DNA of 55,348 nucleotides, counting the filler, from Porpidia crustulata (Eukaryota): assembly GCA_964255105.1 (NCBI GenBank). It is 5 parts of 5 records of this genome, joined end to end, with 100 filler letters (N's around TTAATTAATTAA, not from the genome) between each part and the next. Parts side by side here need not be neighbours in the genome. Positions count along the whole stretch, not along the records: positions 44,374 to 55,348 come from CAXUWE010000714.1; 4 more parts are not named here. One strand, written 5' to 3'. Shown piece after piece: positions 47,296 to 55,348 of this stretch; position 1 is the first letter of the stretch, and the number at the start of each line of letters is the position of its first letter. Made by a program: the position numbers and the translations under genes. The notes beneath the pieces were generated by a model that was not told where the DNA came from, ran no database searches, and saw only the letters and a program-made list of their open reading frames with translations.

Positions 47296-47811
47296 CGCGG
47301 CGGAAGTTGGGCGGTAACCCCGTTCAACTCGTTGCTTCTGTCCGTATGTTGAACAAAAAAGTGTTAGAATGCGCAAAGCAGTACTCGAGGCTTGGTGAGA
47401 TTTATTTTATTGCGACGTTATGCGATTCGGTTTGGTTAAGCTGATGGAAGCAAGGTTTACAGTTGATGGTACAAGGTAAAGTAAACATTGAAGGGTTGCG
47501 GGGCAACGGCCAAGCGCAATAGAGTATCGTCTTTCGCTTTTGCGGCCCACCGTAGTCTGTGCAAGTTTCCTACCCAATCTGATTGCGGCAAGGTCCCGGG
47601 ATCTTCCAGCGGAGCCTCATCCTACCAGCTTCTACGGCTTCACATGAATGCTAGGTAGCACAATTCTTGTACAGGTCACACATCCAATCCTCGCCTCATA
47701 TTTCGCCCTACGCTTCCGTTACAATAATCGTCCAACTCACTTGCCGTATTCAACGTGTCTTCTCCCTAATCACATCCTCTACGGGGCGTTACGAATGGTC
47801 GTGTATCCTAG

Positions 47812-50800
47812 ATGACCTTCCCTCCCCCTCACCCTGCAGCTCAGAACTCCATTGCTTCCGCAAATAAGAGCTCAGGTGCGCGACCAGGGAGAGCACAGCC
47901 TTCAGCCTGGGGGCTACCCCCTCCTACTACTGGCGCTCGGCGTGGTCTCACTCCTTTGGCTACTGATCTTGGATCTTCATCACTCGAATCCACCGGGCGA
48001 CCTGTATCCGCCGCCTCGCCTCTAACGTCTTCATTCTCCTCCGTTCTCAATTCCTCAAACCGAAACGCCAACAGTCGTAACAACTACTCCACACCATCCA
48101 CCACATCGGCATTCTCTTCGCAATCTGGATCCCAGCAAGCCCCTCAGCTGCTCTTGTCTCCAAGATCAAGAGCCATTACGCCTTCATCAAATTCATATTT
48201 GGCGTCCTCCACCGCGGCTCCGGCCACCGCGTCTCAAGGAGGAGGTGGGAATGGTGCCGGTGGAGGAAGCCAGAGGAATCAAGGCTTTTCACCTTCATCG
48301 CAACAGCAGAGCTTGAGCTCCCCCACAAATAACGTTTTTGATCGGTCGGCGTTTGGTGGTTCCAACTCTACATCCACCAATTCTGGTCAATCGTCCGTAT
48401 CCAAAATCGTGGTTACGCAGGTTTTCTTACTTCTGAACTCCATAACGGAAAAGGAAGGCAAAGCGAAGTGGGACTCCCAGGCGGAAGCAATACACAAGGT
48501 ATTTGATTCGATTAGCCCAAAGTCTTTGATAAGTTTCGCTAATTGCTTATCAGCTGGTGGAATCAAACGGCATGGAAGTCTTTTCAAAGTACTTCCGTCG
48601 CCTACTCATGGGTAACGCTCCCCAAATCTTTCCAGCCATCAATCGCAATGTGGAAAATCCAGGCAACTACCAACTTTTGGTGCAAGAGATGGACAAGATT
48701 ACACAAGACTTCGACCAGGCGCCAAGAATTGCAGAAATTATAGATACCTCTGAGGGCGATATCTTTCGTGATTTCGACCTCGCAACATTCATGGATCACT
48801 TCAAGCTCGATGCCTTGGCCAAAACGTTGTTGGCTTCGGCGTTCACACACGTCTCAAAACAGGATCTCAAGACTAAAGGTTGGTTTCACAAAGATAGATA
48901 GGCTTCGATGACTAACCAGAGGCAGCCGGTATCATTCTCTTCAATAACTTCACTCAACTTTGTGAGACGCTCGGCAACGCCCGCAGCGAAAGTGTCGAAG
49001 TTGATCCAACACTTCTCGCCACGAGCCTGTCCAAATTTCTCCAGGATTTACCTCTGGAATTTCGGAAAGATTCCGACAAAAATCAATTATTCTATGCTCT
49101 CAACCTCCGCTATTCAAAGCTCAACATGCAGCCGGCCCCTGCAATACTATCCGCTATGACAACTATAAATCTATTAGAAGAGGGTAATAATCTCGTGAAT
49201 GAGATTCAGCGTAGGGGACCCCGTGCGACTGCAAGCCTTGAAGCGTCTAAAGACGTTCTGACAAGATTTTCTGGCGATCTCACGGAGGATCAGATTGCTG
49301 GCGCTTTATTATTCATGGTCCTGGATCCTGAACGGCGGAAATATGCTCCTGCTGTGTTCGTCTCTGCAGTCCAAGAATGCTTGGAATCATGCGATTGGCA
49401 GAGAGTCGTCCTAGAGTTTGATTGTAGTGACTACGCGGTGTCGGCTGAGCAATTCTTGGCACTTTTCCATGCCTTGCGGCCCATCGCTGTCGACGATACT
49501 CAATTTGATTTACAGGCACTTTGGAGTGGACGGTGGCAACATTCTGGGACCCAGCTTCATTTCGCCATGGCTCTTGCTAAATTTCCATCCTCCGTATTAG
49601 ATGCTCAAACGATACCTGGTCTTCGAAAGTCTTACAATGCCGAAGACTACGTAGATGGTCCAAATGAGGTTGTGCGTTATATTGAGGACGCGCAGAAAGA
49701 TACTGTGATATCAGTGGAAGCAGTCAGGGCAATTCTCAACCTTGCCTTTATCAACCCTGACTCCGGGGAAGCTGAAGCAGCGAAAGAACTCATCCTGGGA
49801 CCGAAACAGGGCTTTTTCCTTTGCTCAATCGCGGGAATCCCAAGGCCATGGAGCAGTGTTCAGCATTCGATCATGGCCCGACTATTGCCTACTTACCTTG
49901 AAAAGCAGCTTCCAGACTATAATTTCGTTCTACACTCTCTATGGCGGCAGCAAAAGCAATGGGTCGCACAAATGCTCATGCATATTCATCGCGATGATCC
50001 CCTTACAATGCATTTGATAGTGGAGCATGCCCATAATCTTGGATGGCTTAAGGAACTCTCCGAGTTGATATCTGGCTTTGGGATGGATCTAGTGGCCCTG
50101 GCCCATCGTCGAGGCTACATTGATCTCGAGTCATGGACACAGGAATTACTCATGAGAAACTCCCGTGATTTGGCGTCCGTCTTTGCACGATTCCTCAAGA
50201 TTAAAGCGGATGATGAGATGCGAATCGCACGTAATGAGCAGCCGGGACCAGGAATGGTCAGCCTTTCCGTCAAAACTGTCGGAATTTTGTTAGACACCCT
50301 TGCACAGCTAACAGGAGACAACACCGAGATTACGATCCTTGAGCGACAATGTATACAGGCTTTCCCAAGGCTGATTAATTACGGAGAAGGCGTGGACGAT
50401 GTGATTGACCAGAATGGCGCCGACAGTAATCTCATGTCCAAAAGTACCGATGATCAGATGCAAGATCTATATAAACAAATGTACAACCGAAGCCTGGAAG
50501 TTCGAGATATCATTACGCTTCTACAGGAATATAAGGCTTCAAAGGATCCGGCCAAACAGGACCTGTTCGCTTGCATGATCCATGGCCTTTTCGACGAATT
50601 TGTCTGCTTTAATGAATACCCGCTGGATCCACTCTCCATGACGGCTGTACTGTTCGGAGGAATTGTTAGTTGCGGTCTCATATCAAATCTTGCTCTTCGT
50701 GTCGGCCTGGGTATGATTCTCGAAGCCGTTCGTGACAATATCACTCAATCGTCCATGTACAAATTTGGACTCCAGGCTCTCAAGCATATACTGGACAGGT

Positions 50801-53800
50801 TACAAGAATGGCCAGGGTATTGTCAAAAGCTTGTGCAGATCCCAGGTCTTCATGGTACCGAAGCCTTTGCTAAAGCGGTAGAAATACTCGGTCAGAGCGA
50901 GGCTCAGTCAAGCCTTGATGTTGAGGCAAACGGTGTCAATGGCGTGCCAGAGGGTATGGGTTTGTTGAATGGTGAATTTGATGACTTTCTAGCTCCAAAC
51001 ATTCGCTTCGAGTCCATTCATGCAGAATCTGCCGCGAATTCCGAGATGTACGAAGATCCGGATTCTGAGACACAAGAGAAGGTCGTTTTCTTCTTCAATA
51101 ACGTTTCAGACCAAAACCTACCCGCAAAGCTCAAGGAAGTGCAGAAGGCGCTTCAAGAAAAGCACCACCAGTGGTTTGCCTCCATGCTGGTGGAAGAGCG
51201 TGCGAAGCTCGAGCCGAATCTACAACAATTATACTTGGACATGCTGAATTTACTTGGCAATAGAACGCTTTGGGCTGAGGTACTGCGGGAAACTTATGTT
51301 AGCGTGCAGAGAATGCTGAACGCCGAGTCGACCATGAACTCGCAAGCAGAGCGAAAAAATCTGAAGAGTCTAGCCACTTGGTTAGGATCTTTGACCATTG
51401 CAAGAGATAGGCCTATCAAACACAAGAACATTTCATTTAAAGATCTGTTGATCGAAGGTTACGAGACGGACAGGCTCCTCATAGTCATCCCTTTTACATG
51501 TAACGTGCTAATACAAGCATCAAAGTCTACAATCTTCAGACCTCCTAATCCCTGGACAGAAGACATTCTTCGAGTTTTGCTTGAACTTTACAATCACTTT
51601 GAGCTTAAATTGAATCAAAAATTTGAGATTGAGGTACTTTGCAAGGAGCTTGGAGTGGACAAAAATACCCTTGAAGCTTCTACAGACATCAGAACCAAAT
51701 CACACGAAGAGGAGGACTTACCTCCGAATGCGATTGATGGATTCAGCGACTTGACATTGTCGATCACCAGACCCCCAGATGTGAGATTCTCCCCAAATAC
51801 AATTGCCGCATCGTTGCCAGATCTCGAAAGCATACTGGTGTTTCCGCCATCTACCGGCAGTATTGCCAATCAGCAACAATTACGCCATATTGTCCAAAAC
51901 GCTGTGCAACGTGCCATTTTGGAGATTATCGGGCCTGTGGTGGAACGTTCTGTTACCATTGCGACGATTGCAACTACGAATCTAATCCATAAAGACTTTG
52001 CACGGGAACCCGATGAGGATCGAATTCGTCAATGCGCGCAGCAGATGGTTCGACAGCTTTCTGGAAGCCTTGCCCTGGTCACCTGTAAAGAGCCATTAAG
52101 GATGAGCATGACAAATTATATTCGAGCCTCGCAAGCGGAAATTCCAGATCAAACATTTCCGGAGGGTGCGATCCTTATGTGCGTCAACGACAACCTTGAT
52201 ACTGCCTGCGGTGTTGTCGAAAAGCAAGCAGAGGACCGTTCAATGCCGGAAATTGAGGTTCACATCGAGGCCGAGATAACTCAGAGACGGAAACATAGAA
52301 AAGAATTTCCTGATGAACCGTACACAAATCAAGTCTACAGCCGTTGGGCTGAGTTCATTCCCGAACCCTTCAAGCAAGGCCCAGGTGGACTCAATCCAGA
52401 TCAGATGTCAATCTATCTCGACTTTGCTCGGCAATCTCGTGGTCCAGCCAATCATGTACAAAACTCTTCCGCGGACAGTGGTCGACAGTTGCCAGACGTT
52501 CTACAGGAAGCGTTTTCAATGCCTAGTAATTCTAACCCAGGGGAACCACCTGGAACGTCTCACCTCTCTCATCTTCAACAAGGACGCATGCTTCCGCCAT
52601 CACTACCTATAGCTAGTCAACTGCATTCGAACGGGTTCATAGATGCAAGAGCTATCCCGGAACGTGTTGAAGATTTAATAGCTGAGATTACTCGCTTGGC
52701 CAAGGAGAGGCCGGAAAGAACACTCAAGGTGGTTGAATTGAATCAGAAGGGTCCGATGAATGACAATGTCGAGCAAATACTCCGTCTGGTTGGTTCATCG
52801 GAAAGAGATGTGGACAGTCTGGCTTCGCAAGCCGTCAATATCGTTTGCATGACTTTGTATGGGCAGACAACCAATCCACTGCTCATCGAGGTCCTGGTCC
52901 AACTATTGGCCAAACTCTGCCAAATGTCTCCCAGGACAAGCAAGCTGGTGTCCATGTCATTTGTAGGCCAAGAGGACGAGAAGACTCTTAACGCCCCTGT
53001 GACTGTTGCTCTTCTCGAAGCTGGATTTATGGATCTAAGGCAAGTAGATCTAACGCTAACAAAAGCCATCCGGGATCGGAGGCTAGTATCAATTGGCTTC
53101 CTATCTGATCTTATGAACGCTATGCTACTCAACAGCCATCCTGTTGCTTTAAGAGCAGATTTTGCAAGCAGCCTTGGCGCAATGGGGCAATGGCTCATCG
53201 AGGAGCCAGGTCTAACAATTGGTAAAGAGTTGATGCAAAGATTAAGCGACTGTGGAGTCCATGAATATACCGAAACTAGGCCAGACGAGCAGTCCATTAT
53301 CAGACAACACCAAATGCGATACATTTTTGCTGAATGGGTCGCAATGTGCAGTCTTCCCACTGCTACCGAGAAGATGTTTGGCGCTTTCATAAATCAACTG
53401 CATCAGAGACAATTGTTGAATTCACAAGATGAGATGGCGCTGTTCCTAAGGCTCTGCATTGACAACTCGGTGGAGTCCCATGAACAAGAGGATCCTACCT
53501 CAATAGCAAACGAGGGATACTTTAACGTTGACTGTCTTGCTAAGCTTATTGTCCTCTTGGTAAAAAACCAGGGTGAAGCAGACGGCGCTGTTCGAGGTAG
53601 CAAGGCTGCTTACATGAACTCGATACTTTCCCTGGTGGCTTTGATATTCAATAACCACCACGTCATGCGAGGCGAACTCTTCAACCAACGAGTCTTTTTC
53701 AGACTATTCTCGAGTGTGTTATGCGATTGGCACGATTTTGCGAGAGAAGATTATAATCAGGACCGTGATATGTTGCTTGTCTTTGCCGAGAACTTCTTAA

Positions 53801-54990
53801 TACTGGAGCCACGATACTTTCCTAGTTTCACCTATAGCTGGCTTATCCTAATCTCCCATCGAGCTTTTATGCCTACTCTGCTAAAGCTTCGAGACAATGA
53901 GGTATGTCTGGCAAACTGCTAAATGAAGTAGACTAACAAATTTAGGGCTGGGATGTGTATGCCAAAATCATGGATAGAGCTTTGTCTTATGTCGGAGAAT
54001 TACTCATGCCAACCATAGTCTCACCTTTGGCCAAGGATCTTTATCGTGGCGTACTGCGAATTCTATTGGTTCTACATCACGACTTTCCAGAATTTTTGGC
54101 AGAGAATCACTTCAGCCTCTGTAACATCATCCCGACCCACTGTATGCAACTCCGAAACCTAGTTCTCAGTGCATATCCTTCGTCATTCCCAGAGCTACCC
54201 GACCCATTTACAGCAGGCTTAAAGGTCGATCGCCTAGATGAGATAAGAACGCCGCCTCGGATAGCTGGAAATCTCATACAGCCTATCATCCGAATCTATG
54301 ACGTTCTCGACAGGTCATTGAGGAGCACTGACATTTCAGAAGAGAATATCAGCAGAATAGCAGATGCCGCTCACAATATGTATGCGGATTATGGAAAGTC
54401 AACTGTCAACATCCCACTCCTTCATGCTCTGGTTCTTCACGTTGGTGAAAGCGCTCTCTCCGCCGCCGGCCAAAAGGGCGGTCCCTCCTTTTCCAACGAC
54501 TCCGTGCAAGCCATTCTTATGACGAAATTAGCCAAAGAACTTCAACCCGAAGCTCGGTACCATTTCCTCAGCGCCATCGCCAACCAGCTCCGTTACCCAA
54601 ACAGCCATACTCATTACTTTAGTTATGCTCTACTCCACCTCTTTGGCAACGATCTTGCCGACCAACAAGAATCTGATGTGCGTCAGCAAATCACTAGGGT
54701 CTTATTGGAACGACTCATTGTACATCGCCCACACCCATGGGGATTGATCATCACACTGTTGGAACTGCTCAAAAACCCGAGTTATATGTTTTGGGACTTG
54801 CCATTTATCAAAGCCGCGCCCGAGGTATGCAATATATTTCGCAAAATTTTTATTGGATACAACAATTATTGCTTAACAGATAATAAAGATATGAATTAAG
54901 AATTATTGTACTGACGGCTTGACGCAGATCGAGAGACTGTTCGGGGCACTGTTCCAACATATCAACCAGAGCCCACGGGCCTTGGCCTAA
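47812..54990 (+). CDS. NOT1: CCR4-NOT scaffold subunit Not1, 5 exons
   Basis: FACMIHGLFDE, LKSLATWLGSLTIARDRPI, FRPPNPW, GSLALVTCKEPLR, LHHDFPEFL, QLRYPNSHTHYFS and RPHPWGL. Last exon IERLF ends at TAA 54988-54990. Confidence 0.98.
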
Positions 54991-55348
54991 GCGAACGACG
55001 ATGCACGAGATGTTTCCCGGAAAACATTAAGGCGAACGTGGATGAGAGGACTTTTTTGATCAGGCAATGGGGCCACAGGCCATCCATCATTTGGCGGCTT
55101 TTGCTGATACTGGTATGACAGCAAGGAGTTTTTTTGCGTGCACGAAATTTGCTTGTCTGGGCCCCGGGATTTTCCATCCATACCACTTCTTGTTGCGCGA
55201 ATACCAACCACGGCTGCCGGAAATGACGCGGGAGAAAAAGCGATTTTGCGGGATCCTGGGCGCGAGTGCGGGGGATGGGATAGGGTGAGGTGTTTTTTAC
55301 TTCTTTACGCTTTCAGATGTATCATATTCGAGATGGGCAGTAAATGGA

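Overview
Fungal (Pezizomycotina-type ascomycete) nuclear DNA with short GT-AG introns and CTAAC/CTGAC branch points. The window is not one locus. It is five pieces of 11010, 11000, 10987, 10976 and 10975 bp in descending size, joined by identical 100-nt linkers (N44-TTAATTAATTAA-N44), so adjacency across linkers means nothing. About 22 protein-coding loci are supported, mostly housekeeping: SNU66/SART-1, MRPL24, PTH2, POB3, TPI1, MRPL51, U1-70K, GYP8, eIF5A, VPS52, an F-BAR/SH3 septation protein, NOT1, two MFS transporters and a 12-exon methyltransferase. The main non-obvious element is a structured non-coding RNA on the minus strand at about 11111-11975, head-to-head with SNU66. It has the layout of a filamentous-fungal telomerase RNA: a boundary hairpin, a CCCUAACC template, a run of G-U-containing hairpins and a U-rich pseudoknot strand. 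It is cut off by the contig edge and carries an internal perfect complement of its own template. Also found: a 909-bp decayed Tc1/mariner element with TIRs and TA duplication, a DUF3176-like gene split by one in-frame TAG, a frameshifted SDR, a GC-AG intron in PTH2, an unusual U1-70K intron and an arrestin-like relic. All family calls come from motif recognition by eye; no database searches or folding computations were run.
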